Positions 1-12,958 of a DNA stretch of 64,000 nucleotides are shown in pieces (within the stretch, counting starts at the first letter, position 1; every line of letters begins with the position of its first letter). The stretch comes from the human T2T-CHM13v2.0 reference genome, Homo sapiens. The stretch lies in the NCBI RefSeq assembly GCF_009914755.1, contig NC_060931.1. One strand, given 5' to 3'. The notes below the pieces were generated by a model that saw only the letters and a list, made by a program, of their open reading frames with translations, searched no databases and had not been told where the DNA came from. The translations under genes and the position numbers were made by a program.

Positions 1-998
1 CTATACCTGCCTTACGTGGGAAGCACGTCCGCAGGAGAGGTGCCACCCAGTGCCTCCAGCACTGATCAGGCCTTTCTCAGGTGTTGGGCAGGGAGAGGCA
101 GAGCCCAAGAGAAGCCTCAGCAGAACACTAACAGTGGAAAGGAGGCAGTGAGGTGGAAGCAGCTTCTTTGGTACATGCAGAAAGTTCTAGAAAGGCCTTT
201 TGGCTTAGAATCCTAGCTCTATTCACGTGAAGCAGCACTTCGGCATGAGGTGGCGCTTGAGGGCCCCTTGTCTGAGTAAAACGTGGATGTTGTAGCTGGT
301 TTTGGGGGCTGTGGGACTCCCCCATCTGCACACCCCCTACTCAGCCGATGTGGTAAGCATTTAGCCACAGCAAGTGCTTACTTAGTATTTGTTGGTTCCT
401 GATACACAGAAATCTCTGTGATCCAAGCAGTGTTTCTCCCATAGGACTCTACCCTGCCAACCCTCAGCTCGGCTCAGCTCAGCAGCTCGCTAACTGTGAA
501 ACTCGGACGGACATCCTGTGATCACTCCAACGCTTTAAAATTCATCAAAGCGCAGAGCGCTGCCTGGCCGCAGCCCATTGCTCTGTTGTTCTGAGGGGCA
601 AGGCCACAGCGACCTACAGCAGGGAAGAGACAAACACAGATCTGGTGCAGAGATTATTCGGGTCATCGATGACAGGCAGGCAAGAAAGCAGGAGCGTTTC
701 CTGCACGGCCACACCCAAGCAGAACCTTTTCAGGGTACTCATCCCTTTTTAGGCTGGGCTTCGCTCCCCAGCGAGGTCAGCAGGGCCAGCTGATTGTTTT
801 TATTTTACAGGTGTGGGATTCCCTCTGGGGTCTGACTGCCACACTCAGACACAGAAGGGGCAGCAGGGGCAGGGTTTCTAGAGACAGACCTCCTCAGTCA
901 AATGCTGGCCACTTACCAGTCAGCAGGCTTGGAAATGTTATTTTGCCCCTTTGTGCCTCAGTTTCCTCAGATGTAAATGGAGATAATAAATGTACCTA

Positions 999-1885
<887 letters not shown>

Positions 1886-2995
1886 AAGTGATGGCTAGGA
1901 ATCCACTCATGCTGTATTCAGACGGCCACCCCCAGACCCCTCGACTCCTACCCTAAAGCCCTGTTTTGCAAGGGCTGGGTATGTTTGCAGGATTCTGCAA
2001 GAATTCTGGTTCAAGGTTCAAAGGAACCATTTAAGAGTCCAATCGGACACCATCACAACCCAAGGACGGCCCTGGCCCCTCTGCAAGGGGTTTAGCTCAG
2101 CAGCCCGCAAAACTGCAGAGGCCTGCAGGAAGCCCCATCCCACCTGCGAGGACCCTGGCTGGGCAAGCAGTCCCTTCTTGTCAGTCGATCGAACAAAGGC
2201 CTCTCGTCCTTTCCGTACCTGGGAACGCAGGGCAGGTGGGGCGGGGAGTGGAATGAAACAGTCTGATCGGCGGTTATTGGCAGAGGAAAATGAAAGAACA
2301 AACTCCCTTTGCATTTTTTGGCTTGGTGTGCAAGAATGATGAATCCAGCCAGGAGAATAGGAAAACAACTTCGTGACCCGCTCCATCCCCTCTTTCCCTG
2401 TTGCAAGGCGAGCGGACCGCGCTGCACGGGTCCAGGCTGGGTGCCCCTCTCCCCTGGGGTAAAGAGGCAGCACAGGTTGGGACAGCTAGATGGGGGCAAT
2501 CCAGGCGTCCTGCCCACGGTTTCCTGGGAGCCAACAAAGGCGCCGAGACCTCACCCGTGTGAGGCAACCGCCCCGTGGTCCCACAGAGCTTCTGGAAGTC
2601 TGCGTCCCGGCCTTCCCGATGCAAGGCGCCCTCTCCACCTGCCTCGGCCGTGAGCAGGTTCAGGAGGGCGAGAAAGGTTAGGCCGAGCGGAGCCGCGCGG
2701 CCAGCGTTACGCAGGGTGCCCTGGACACCCCTAGGCGCCCACCTGGCCTTGTTCCCACCTCCTCTCGCCCCTTGCCTTCTTAACCCGCATTACCCGTGTA
2801 GGCCTGGGGTGGAATCGGACTACTTGTTCGGGATTTGCTCGAGAACATTCTAGGGAGAAGGCACGCCCGGCTTTGGGCTTGGCCGAGAGTTTAGGGCAGG
2901 AGCGCCGGCGGGGAGCTCCCCGGGTGCTGGAGAATGCGTGTCCGGAAAGAAGTAGGGCGCGCTTCGTGGATGCAACCAGGGCCGTCTCGCGCACT

Positions 2996-3037
2996 TTCTT
3001 CCTACCCTGGGACAGCGCCTGAACTGGAGCTGGGCGC
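2996..3037 (+). repeat. Left arm of a 42-bp inverted repeat (contains REST right half-site GGACAGCGCC)
   Basis: TTCTTCCTACCCTGGGACAGCGCCTGAACTGGAGCTGGGCGC; matches the reverse complement of 4817-4858 at 40/42. Confidence 0.95.
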
Positions 3038-4816
3038 ACACACTTTACGGAGCCAGCTCGGGTTCTTACGCCCTGGCTCACCCCCGCCCGCCGCCCCAGG
3101 ATGCAGGTGCTGCGGCGCTCCCTGGTAGCCTCCCGCGCTCCCTGGGGGCGCGCTTTCCTCCATTTCAGGGAAGTCCCCGGACAGGTGCCCACGTTTTACG
3201 CTGTCCGGTAGAAGCCCGCGGGCTCAGGCCGACTTGCGCGGCCGCTTCTCCCCAGGGAGAGAAGCTGGAGCTTCCCCCACGCGGCCCTAAGGCGGGGCCG
3301 GCTGGGCCGGAGTGGGCGCGGCCAGGGTGTCCCAGCGCGCCCCCTGCCGACCGCGCGCTGCGGGGGGCAACTCCACCTCCCCTGGGGAGGCCTCGTCCCC
3401 GCTGCAGGGAGACTAAAGCGTGGGTCCGCGACCAGCCGGTTTAGGAACGAAAACTCTGGAACTAAAAACAAAAAATAAAACTGGTGAGTGCGCAGCGTGG
3501 TCAGTGTTTCCCTCTGGGTAATGCTTGGCCAAGGGGGAAGATCGAGTACTCCCGCCCACATCCGCCTCCCCCAGGAGGGAGGATTCCCTCTCTGCTCACC
3601 CACCCTGACCCACGCCTCCCGCCAGGTCCACTGCTCAGACAAATCTGTAGGTTTCTGAGTATCCGTATCTCGAAAAGCTTCAATGCACAAACGAGGTTTT
3701 AAGCCCATCGCGGCTTCGCAAGGGGAAGGGGCTGCTTCCCTAAAAACAAAACACAACAAAAAAGGCAAGGGGGTACTCTTGCAGATGGACTGGAATTAGT
3801 AATTTAGCCAGGGTCTCTTCCAAACTCACTGCAAAATTCGCCAGCGTCTCATTCTTCACACACGGGGCACCACACGAGAATCACCCCCTCCCCAGAATTT
3901 TGCAAAGCACGTTTGCTGAGTTTTCTCGCCTTTCCTTCCGACAAGCTCGAACTGGAACCAGCGCTCTCCCCTCTAGACCTGCCTCCGCGCCCCACCCTTC
4001 TTCCCCCACACAGTCCCTCCGCAGGGAGAATTCAGGTGCTAAAAATGCTCGGGCCTCGCAGCTTCCTCCCTCCTCCTCGGTTCCTCGAATGACCCAAGCT
4101 GCCTCTTTCCGGGCCCTTGGAAGACGGTGCGAATTCCGCGGCGGCCCGCTCTCGCCAGCGCCACAGCCCTGACTCCCACCCGGAGGCCTGAGTTCAACCG
4201 CTTTCGCTTCCTTGCGGGCCGTTCAACCCTCTGAATACGCAGATTCATTTATTTATGTTTTTTAATGTAGTAAGTGGGCAGCTAAATGAATTGCAATTTG
4301 TCATTTTTATGGTTAATTTGAAATCTCGCTCTTGTTGGCTAATCCTGTTAGTTGGTGGCAAAACAAGGAGAAACGCGTGTTTCGGCAGCAGTGATTCTAA
4401 CAGGCGTTTTATGTTAAATTACAGCAGAACCCAGAACAAAAGCAGGCGGCGGACTTGCAGTCCCAGCGGCCTCGGCCGGTCCGCGCTGCCGGTGTGAGCC
4501 CCGAAGGAAAGCACCCCAAGCTGGCTGACCCCGCGCACCCCCGGCCACACCCGCCCATCCTGGCTTCGAGATTAAGAAGCCCAGTTTGGCACCCCAATTA
4601 TGTTTGGCAATGTCCCCGGTGCCCCAGACCCGCACTCCGCTGCCTCCTGGCTTCTCATGCCCGCGAAGCGCGGCCTCGCCCTGGGCGCGGGGCATCACCG
4701 GCGCGGAGGCCCGAGGGCGGGTCACTTCGGATCCCTTTCTTCCCTTCCTCGTCTCTGCCTCTTTTCCTTTCTTTTCTCCCTCCGCCTCTCTGTCAGCTCT
4801 TCCCGTCGTTTCCTCG

Positions 4817-4858
4817 GCACCCAGCTCCAGTCCAGGCGCTGTCCCAGGGTAGGAAGAA
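4817..4858 (-). repeat. Right arm of the 42-bp inverted repeat
   Basis: GCACCCAGCTCCAGTCCAGGCGCTGTCCCAGGGTAGGAAGAA is the reverse complement of 2996-3037 with 2 transitions. Confidence 0.95.
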
Positions 4859-7800
4859 GGGCGATGCCCCTTCTTCCCCTTCTCTGGTCCCCTCCCCAGC
4901 CTCCGGCTCCCCAAGGTGCAGGGCTCCGGCGGGGGCTGGGCCGGGCGGGTGGGTTTCTGAGCCGCAGCGCTTGGAGCTGGGGGAGCGGGAGCAGGGGCGG
5001 CCCGGCGGGCGGGCCGGGACCCGGCTTTTCCGGCTACCCGTGGGTCAGGTGCGGGTTTCAGCACGCGGGGCGCGTGTGGGCGGAGGCGCCGGGGCCCGCG
5101 GCTCCGCTTGTTCGCGCGTTGTCGCTGGCGAGGCGTTTCTTGTCCCCGGCGCCCGCTCGGTGCCGTCTCAGTGAGTTTGATTGAAACGCGGCTGCGGGAA
5201 GGGGTCGACAGAGGCAAGCTGCGAGCAAGGCGGGGGTGGGGGCGAGGAAGGGGACCCGGAGAGCTCCCGGAGGGCTTGGCCGGCCACCGCCGCGCGGCGC
5301 TGCTCGGGGACTGCTACTTTGCAAGGCGGCGGCTGCCCCTGCGGGGTTCGGGTTGCAGGGTCAAGTGTCACGTCCTCCGCAATCTCCAATATTCCTGTAA
5401 TGTATTTAAATGGACGAATTCATTACGCGGGGCCGTGTGAATGGGGCGAGGCCGCGAGCGCGGCGCGATCAGTAGCGCCCACTAACAGTTCGTTCTGCAC
5501 GGCGGAGCGCGAGACCGCGGACCCACGGAAGCCCCCTCAATGGTGTTTGCGTCCTCGCCGCCACCGGCTTGGTAGGGTCCTTTAGGGAAGGAGGAAGAGT
5601 TCAGGCACCCGGACAGATCCTAACGGTCTTTCTGATTTTTCTTTCCCTTCGGTCCGCTTTCCCCGCGACCTCCTCCACCCTCAGTCCGCCTTTCAAACGT
5701 CGTCCGCGGGGATGGCTGCGCGATGGAGAAATTGGTCTCGTCCAGAGACGCGCGCACAGCCGTCCCCGCGCACACGCGACACGCCCAGGGCCGGCGTCCA
5801 CGTGAGGGCAGCACCCTAGGTCGGGTCAGTCAAACCCCACAGCGGGGTTTCAAACAGTGTAGGGGAGGGGAAGTAGGAAAGGTCATTAAGATAAAAACAA
5901 AAATAAAAACCAGTGGCTCTTCTAGCTAAGGGGATGGCAGCGGGGGTGGAAAGTTAATAACAGGTAAGATCGCTGCCTACCCTCCCTCTGTTTTTAAGAC
6001 AAAACATTGAATAAATTAAAAGGGAAAATACCCCCTGTCCCTTCCACCAGGCCTCCCGCCACATCAGGACTCCAGTGGGGTAACAGTAGGTACACACTGG
6101 ACTTGCCAAGTCTGCAATCCAGCAGTCCTCAGATTAGGGACCGGAGGAAGGAAGTGCAACTCCCAGAGAGGGCAGCCAGCCTTAGCGGCGGTGACAGCTT
6201 CCTCACGGTGGTCCTGCAGCTGGAGCTCCAGAGAAAGAAGGGAGGAAGCACTTCCGGAAGTCTCTGCCAAGAGATTTTAAATTGTGTTGCCTGCGGATTT
6301 TGTGGTTGAAAGAATTACCTGGTGACTTGCCAAATCTCTGAGTTTGTTGAAAGGAGATGACCTGCCCTTAGAAACCCCTCCATTCCTGCCTACCTCCGAG
6401 ACCAGAGGCTGTGCCTCTCTTTCTCTTTTCTTTCCTAGTCCCCACAGGAGGGAGGAGGAAGGTTACAGCGTTTGTGGAATCAGGCTGCCAGGCGACGTTT
6501 CGTGGTTGTATTTGGCCCACTAAATCCTAGGTCGCTCTTCCTATGTACGACTGTAGACTCACCTTCTGTATCTTATACAGGAGATGTGTAGATGGCCCAT
6601 AAAGGGCAGACTTCATACAAACCCTGTGTGAGCAGTGGGATTCACTGTAGGAGGTGCAGTGGGTATTTTCTCAAAGGCATTTACACCCAAGAGTTAACAC
6701 CAAGTTGACGGGACCAGAGGGTCTTTGGTGAGCAGGCCACCAGAGATGGAAAGGAAGCTTCTCTTGTTCTCTGGTGCCAGTTGTGGCTGGATCTTCGCAT
6801 CCTGGAGCCCAGCAGTCCTGTGATGTAGTGAGTCAATCCAAGACCCAAATGTAGGCAGGAGGCATCCTTGCTTCCTTAAAGAACAAGTCAGAGAATCAAG
6901 TAAGGAGGAAATAAGTGACATGCTAGTGAAGGCACGGTTATCTAGATGGTTGTTATGGGGTTCTCGTCTCGCCAAGCTTTAGATAGATCTGTTTCCGGAA
7001 AGCTCACTTTTAAAAAAATCAGATTTGAAGATTGTTGGAATTCTGGCTCTTTATAGTGAGTCACATCTCTATAGTCAGTTCATTTTCACTCGCATATGAG
7101 GTCTCAGTTTGAGCATCATGTCTTAAACTGTCTGCAATTTGATTTACTGGAAATACACCTCTACAGAGAAGGTGTAGTCTTTCCTGGTTCCATTCCCAAT
7201 AGTATGAGGGTTATGTGTGAAGTTATTTGCATTTGTGTTCTCTGTCATTTTCAAATCACGGAATTTAAGAAGTATGTATAAATAGATTAAGTGCACAATA
7301 ATACAACAAACCTAAAAGAGTTGGCAAATTAAACCTTGAAATTCTTTACAAAATTCCATATCTTATAAAGGACAACCATTAAGGGGACTTTGGTGTCAAT
7401 ATTTTCTGTAATTCAAGCCCTTTAATACTTTTCCACCACAACCTGAATTTGTCTGTAATCAAGCTACTGAGATAGGAATGCTGCATTCTCATTTTCCTCC
7501 TCCTATAAGCCTCTGTACCAAAACATTCAAAGGCCAGGCATTTACTTTTTATTTATACATATTAAAAATTTCTTCCAGGAGTGAAGTTTCCAAACACAAC
7601 GTGTCTGGACAGGAAGCAAATGTTGTTTTAGGGGAAAGTTCTAATAACCCCATTTATGCAAGCACATTAGAGCAGAAAGAATCATTTCTGTTAGTTAACA
7701 TTTTTGAGCCAGAAAATTAAAAACAAATATTTAACTTCCCAATTTGGAATTCAGGCTGGCATTGACGTCTAAACTTTTACAATGCATACTCAATGAATTA

Positions 7801-8554
7801 AACACAATCTCTACTAGCCAAATAAAACTGCCTTCATGTGGCTCAAAATAAGTTTGAATAAACTGAAAGATAAATAAAATGCACGGGGGACACCCAGGAA
7901 GAGAGCTGATGTGTGTGAGCTTGGCCAAAAGACGGCTTTTGGACTCTGCTCAATTCAGGGGTTTTATGACACCTAATAAAGCTATACTTAGAGAAGACAA
8001 ATATTCAATAAATATGAGCACATACTTACAAACATATGTACTGTTTTCACCTTTCTTCTTCCAAACCTACTTTTACAGCAGTTTATTATTGGATATGAAT
8101 TTCCCCTTCTCCATTTCTCATCACAAATTAGGTGGGCTCCTAAAGCGTCCCATTTCTCCCTTTAGATTTGGGGCCCCCCAGCTGATAAAGGAGTTGTGAT
8201 TGCAGGTGGATTTGATCTGATTTCCCCTGAACAGGCTGGCGGTGGGAAGCAGGCATTGGAGTCCCACGGCTCACTGGACTGCAGCAGCGAGCCCTTCACG
8301 GTTGCAAAGGAAGGAAATTCCTAGCGGGGCAACTCTTCAGCGTCCGCCCCACAGACCTAGCACGATGTCCTTTTCTGTCTCAAGATACATCTGGCTGGGC
8401 TTCCCTAAAACCGGGCTTAGTTGGACTCCTTGGACCTGGGGATGAATTCTTGCCAACTATCTCCAAATATTTCCCCTACACCATGCCAGTGCAATTCATG
8501 TCTCCAAACCCCCTCTCCTCCACAAAAACGAAACAAAACAAAACCCCAGGTCCA

Positions 8555-8900
8555 GGAGCTCAGGCCCAGGCCGGATCCAAGACGCGGCAGCCAGGCAGCC
8601 CCGCCGCGAGCCTGTGCGGGCTTGAGCCGGCTTGGCCCCCGGAAGCCCCAGCCCCGCGCTCGGCAGCGTGCGCCCAGCGCCCAGAAGAAGCAGCTCCAGG
8701 CGGCCGCGCTCCCCGTCCCGCCGCGGTGCGGTCGGATGCCCAGCTCGCGTCCAGACCCGCGGGATGCAGACCCGGATCAGTCAGGCTTGAGGGCTGCTCC
8801 GCATAGACCAACGTCCGGGGAAGGCACACAGTGGCCGAGGGCCCGCGCGCTTGGGCTACGGCTGTGATGGTATCTGCGCTGCTTGCGCCTTGGGGATGGG
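8555..8900. promoter_or_regulatory. Small CpG island
   Basis: Locally dense CpG/GC ('ccgccgcgagcctgtgcggg', 'ggcggccgcgctcccc') within AT-richer flanks. Confidence 0.75.
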
Positions 8901-11900
8901 AGGCCGCCTTTGCTGACTGAAGGGCCTGAAGAGGAGGCTTCTGGGGTCCCTGTAGCCTCACCCTGGATTCACAAAATCAAACACTATCTCCTTTCCCCTT
9001 CACCACCCCCACCCCACGAATACACATGGTGAAGAGAGGTTCACTTCTGTTCCTGTTGCTGAGTTTCAGCTATGCCCCTCGGCCTCGGAGGATGGCTCAC
9101 CTTTACTGTGAATTTCTAGCTGAAAGAACAATGCTGAGAACAGGGATAACAAGAGGACCTCTCTAACAAATGCATCTGCTAGTTACAAAAGGGCTGGGAA
9201 GAACGGCTCAGGGACATTCCTCCCAGACCCAAGGAAAGGGAATGGAGACACATTTTGATGTTTTCTACATACTTGGTCAACTTGCAGCTACTATAGAACC
9301 CGCTCCCCACGGCCAGCTCTTCCTCCTGTTTTAGGGAGAATTTTGTTCAACATTCTACATTCTAGGGACCCTTCCTCATCAGATTAAGTGCAGAGTTACA
9401 GCAAAATAAGTCAGAGGAGAAGGATGGGGTAGAGATGGAGCGGAAGCTGGCGCTGGAGCCACTGTGTCCTGCCGGCTGCACCTGCACTCAATCTCAGGTA
9501 CCATGCTGGACAGTGGGGAAAACAAAAACCTGGAGAACAGCCCAGAAAACTCCGCCAAGGTTTTATAGCTTAAAGATGGGGAGAGGAGGAGGCAGGAAGG
9601 GTTGGGCTCTGCAGGCCTTTAGAACGATCGGAGGTCTAATGAAAATAAATACCTTGTAAACATGTGGGTACCAAGTAACCAGAAGAGAGCTTAGACCAAG
9701 AAGGTCGGGGGGTCTTTTCCCACCTGTGAGAAAATAAGAGATCCTGGAGCTCTGCAGCCTTAGCAATGAACTGGATTACTGATTAGTGTTTAGAGGCACC
9801 CATGCATGAGTTGGCAAACCAAGCCATTGAAATGTGGAATCAGCAGGATCTGGCTTTTTGAATGTCCATTACTTCTCATGTACATGCATATCTATGTTAA
9901 ATATGGAAAAGAAGAAAAAATTTAAAAGAGAAACAGAACCCTGCTTTACCAGATTAATCAAAATGGAATGATAGATTCTTGAGTTTGAAATAACCCCCGC
10001 CCCAGGAATTCTCCAGCGTCTCTGCAAGAAGCTCTCAGACAGACAGCAGTTCAACAAGGTCGGCAAAACCGACTCTCAGATTCAACAAACTGCTCTTTCT
10101 GTTTCTGCAACAGGAAGAAAACATTCCACGAGCTGATGGAAGCCCTCACAGACATACATCTGTTATGGCTTTCCCAGAATCCTGACCCCTGGACAATTCT
10201 TTTGGGAACACCCTTCTCTATCTAAGGAAAATGACATTCCTAATCCCTGCCCTGCCACCTCACATATGCAGAGTCTGAAAGGGAAGCCAAAACCCCTTGG
10301 TCATCCTCACTCTCAGCCCTCTGCCCAAAAGGGGGAACTTTGATCAAATGCAACTTTCTTCTCCTTTGGCCCCAAGCTTCTGTGCCCTCAGTTCACACTC
10401 ACCCAGAATGCAAAAGCATTTGGATTCAGTGCTGTCCCCTCTGGCTTTCTGTCTGTCATTTGGCCTGGAAAGGACGGTCAGAAATGCCATGGACAGTTAC
10501 AATTCGACTCAGTAACTTCCACATGGCTCATGAATGTCCTTGGCCACCCGGGAACTGCAGCCCTCTGCCCCCCAAGTTAATTGCTAAATGATTTGCAAAC
10601 TTAAACAATTACACATTCTCTCTTGACTTGCCCCGAAGAAATCATGTTAATTTATGACACACTCACATGATCCTGATTAACAAACCTAGACTAAATTTGC
10701 ATGTGGCAAAATGCAATACAGATATATATTTTAAAAAATAATATAAGCAGGTTTTTGCCAACTCTTTTCTCCCACGGTTTAATGACCTACCATCCTGGTT
10801 CATACGTTTTTTAACACCTGACTTTGGATATTTTTTTAAAATGAATCGATTTGTAGTCATTGCCTGGCTGCCTGTGGGGAAGGAGCTCCTGCCGTTGGCA
10901 GACACCTCTGCAGCCAGGCGTGGGGTGTCCTTCCATCAAAGCAACGCCAGGGGGCAAGAAGCGTTAACAAAGCCCGGGACGCTCCGCACTCTCCCTTTAT
11001 CTACCCGTGTGTGCGTGTCACACTTTCCAGGGCGAAATGTCATTTTGCAAGGTTATACATTTCCAATTCCTCATAGAGCCTTATCGCTCATCATTTACCT
11101 CTTGGGCACAAACAAACAGCCTCTTTAAATAAAGCCAGGGAAGGGAAGCATATACCTTTGTACAATTAAAAATAGCACAAGAATGCCAAAATGTATTGGA
11201 CCTTGCTGTTAATCCGACTTACCTGGCTGACACTCTGGCCTAATCCTATTTTCTCCTCGCATTAGAATGACTCTACAAGGCTACGTTTTGTTCTTCGGGA
11301 GCACAGTTTACCTGGCCAGTGGGCTGAGGATCAGAGAAGCCTCACCACCTAAGGTGGGGAGAGGGGCTGCAGACTGCCCAGCCTGGCCCCAGCCTGCTGG
11401 AGGTCCCAGTGCAGAGCCTGCTTGGCGAGACAGAAAGCAAACGAAATCACTCAAGGGAAACTTCGCTGGAGACAAAACACATTCAATTTCCTGAGGATTC
11501 TGCTTTCTCTCAGGAATTATTTGCTTTTGCCGAGGCACATTAAACAAATTAAACACTAAAAATGGAAGCTCCTTTGCTTCCTGGCTCAGAAAATAGTTTT
11601 TTTTTTAAAGGATATAGTACGAACAGTAATACAAATGAAAGAAAACAGTAACACTCTAGCTCTTTAAAATAAACTCATGTGGGCACCTAAAGTCCTTTTT
11701 GGCAAATTCTTATCTTGTGGGGCAGTGCAGACAATGGGAGCTTGTGCTAAACGGCTGCTGTCACTCTGCTGACATTCCAGGAAGCTTCCACGCAGCTACT
11801 TGGGCATCTTTTCACACCTTCACCTTCCAAACCGCAGTCCCTGGTGATCCTGACTTTTGCAGCCTGGCTCTGGGTCCACACGGGGCTGGAGAAGGGGATT

Positions 11901-12639
11901 CGGTCTGAATGGGTTCGTGGAGGGTGGGGCAGGGGGCTGAGCTGAGGAACGCGCTGGCGAGGGAGTCAGATACTGTTACTTCGTATTTTAGGAATGTATT
12001 TCTCCTGCACACCCCTCCCTCCCCTGCCCACCCCCCTCTCCCAGTATCATTGCTCTTTGAAATGTCATGAACTTGGCGCTTTCAGACCAAACCGCCGGGC
12101 TCAGGCCCGAGACAATGGGATTGTCAGAGGGCCAGCGCGGAGCTTTTTCTGCGTGTTCACGGAGCGTTAAGCCTTTATCCCACAGAACGGCTCTGTCTGA
12201 CCGGGTCAGACAAAAGCCAACTTGCATCTTCCGCTCCGAGGGGATCTGGGCAGAGCCCGGGTACAGCCCTGCGCGGCCCCAGGGAGAGGGGGGAGAGGGC
12301 GCGTGTCCCCAGCCCTGCCAAGTGGCGTGGGGAGCGCGAGGCCCTCCTCGGTCAGAGCCACCAACTCTGGTCTCCGTGGACATCCCCCTTCCCCCGCCCG
12401 CTCCCGAGGCTCTAGGGCGGCCTCCTGGCCGCTGCCTTCTCGCACCCAGGGTCTTCGGCCTGGGCTCCACACCTCAGGCCCCTCAAGTAATCGGCCTCTT
12501 GGTGGCCGGGCACTGCCTTTCCGGCTGCTCTCTGCACCCGTCTGCCCCTCCGGCCTCCCCTGGCGGCTACAGGCGTCCGGGGCCCTCGCTCCCCAGCTCC
12601 AGGCGTCCCGGGAGCCAGGCGCGCAGCGGGGCGAGTTCT

Positions 12640-12830
12640 CGTGTCCGTGTGAGCGCGGGCGTGTGTATGCGTGCGCGTGCACGAGCGTGAGTGTGCGTGA
12701 GCGTGAGTTTGAGTGTGCATGCGGGTGTGAATGTGTACATGTACACGAATGTGAGTGTGAGTGTGCATGAGCGTGAGCGTGCGTGTGCGTGCGAGTGTGC
12801 ACGAGCGTGACTGTGAGTGTGCGTGCGTGG
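12640..12830. repeat. Mixed (TG)/(CG) alternating purine-pyrimidine repeat
   Basis: 'gtgtgagcgcgggcgtgtgtatgcgtgcgcgtgcacgagcgtgag...'; includes the perfect palindrome GTGTACATGTACAC at 12733-12746. Confidence 0.9.
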
Positions 12831-12958
12831 AAGCGCGGCGGGGAGCCTGGCTGAAGGCCTGCTGCCTGCATGGCTGTCAGAGAAAAACAGAAGTGGGAGC
12901 CTGCTGCGGGCTCCGAGAGGACTTGATGGGAGCCCTGGCGCGCGCTGGGCACCGCGCG
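12700..12958 (+). ncRNA. Candidate first exon of a spliced lncRNA (5' boundary uncertain)
   Basis: CpG-island context plus a strong 5' splice site at 12959; no credible ORF. Inference only; no transcript evidence is available here. Confidence 0.4.

Larger units (their letters stand above)
2500..5820. promoter_or_regulatory. Large CpG island (~3.3 kb) with no recognisable coding exon
   Basis: Very high GC and CpG density and GC boxes (GGCGGGGC ~3291, GGGGCGG ~4994); + strand donor CTG|GTGAGT at 3483/3484. Confidence 0.9.

Noticed and set aside
353-381. 10-bp stem hairpin GTAAGCATTT...AAGTGCTTAC
   Set aside because: Short, located in a probable old SINE/LINE remnant, and expected by chance in 64 kb.
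2996-4858. DNA transposon/MITE bounded by 42-bp TIRs
   Set aside because: There is no target-site duplication outside the arms, no transposase remnant, and the interior is ordinary CpG-island sequence. Kept only as an inverted repeat.
4414-5585. Overlapping 130-270 aa ORFs in the CpG island (also 12206-13558)
   Set aside because: They are Arg/Pro/Gly/Ala-rich and open in several frames on both strands, as expected from high GC. No homeobox or other recognisable domain.
3463-5910. Recurrent TAAAAACAAAAA(A)TAAAA(A)C motif before two splice donors (3463-3481 and 5892-5910)
   Set aside because: Low-complexity A-tracts; the similarity is not distinguishable from chance without conservation data.
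7260-7279. GGAATTTAAGAAGTATGTAT resembles mature miR-1 (13-nt 3' identity)
   Set aside because: The seed differs (GGAATTT vs GGAATGT) and there is no complementary arm nearby to form a pre-miRNA hairpin; likely chance.
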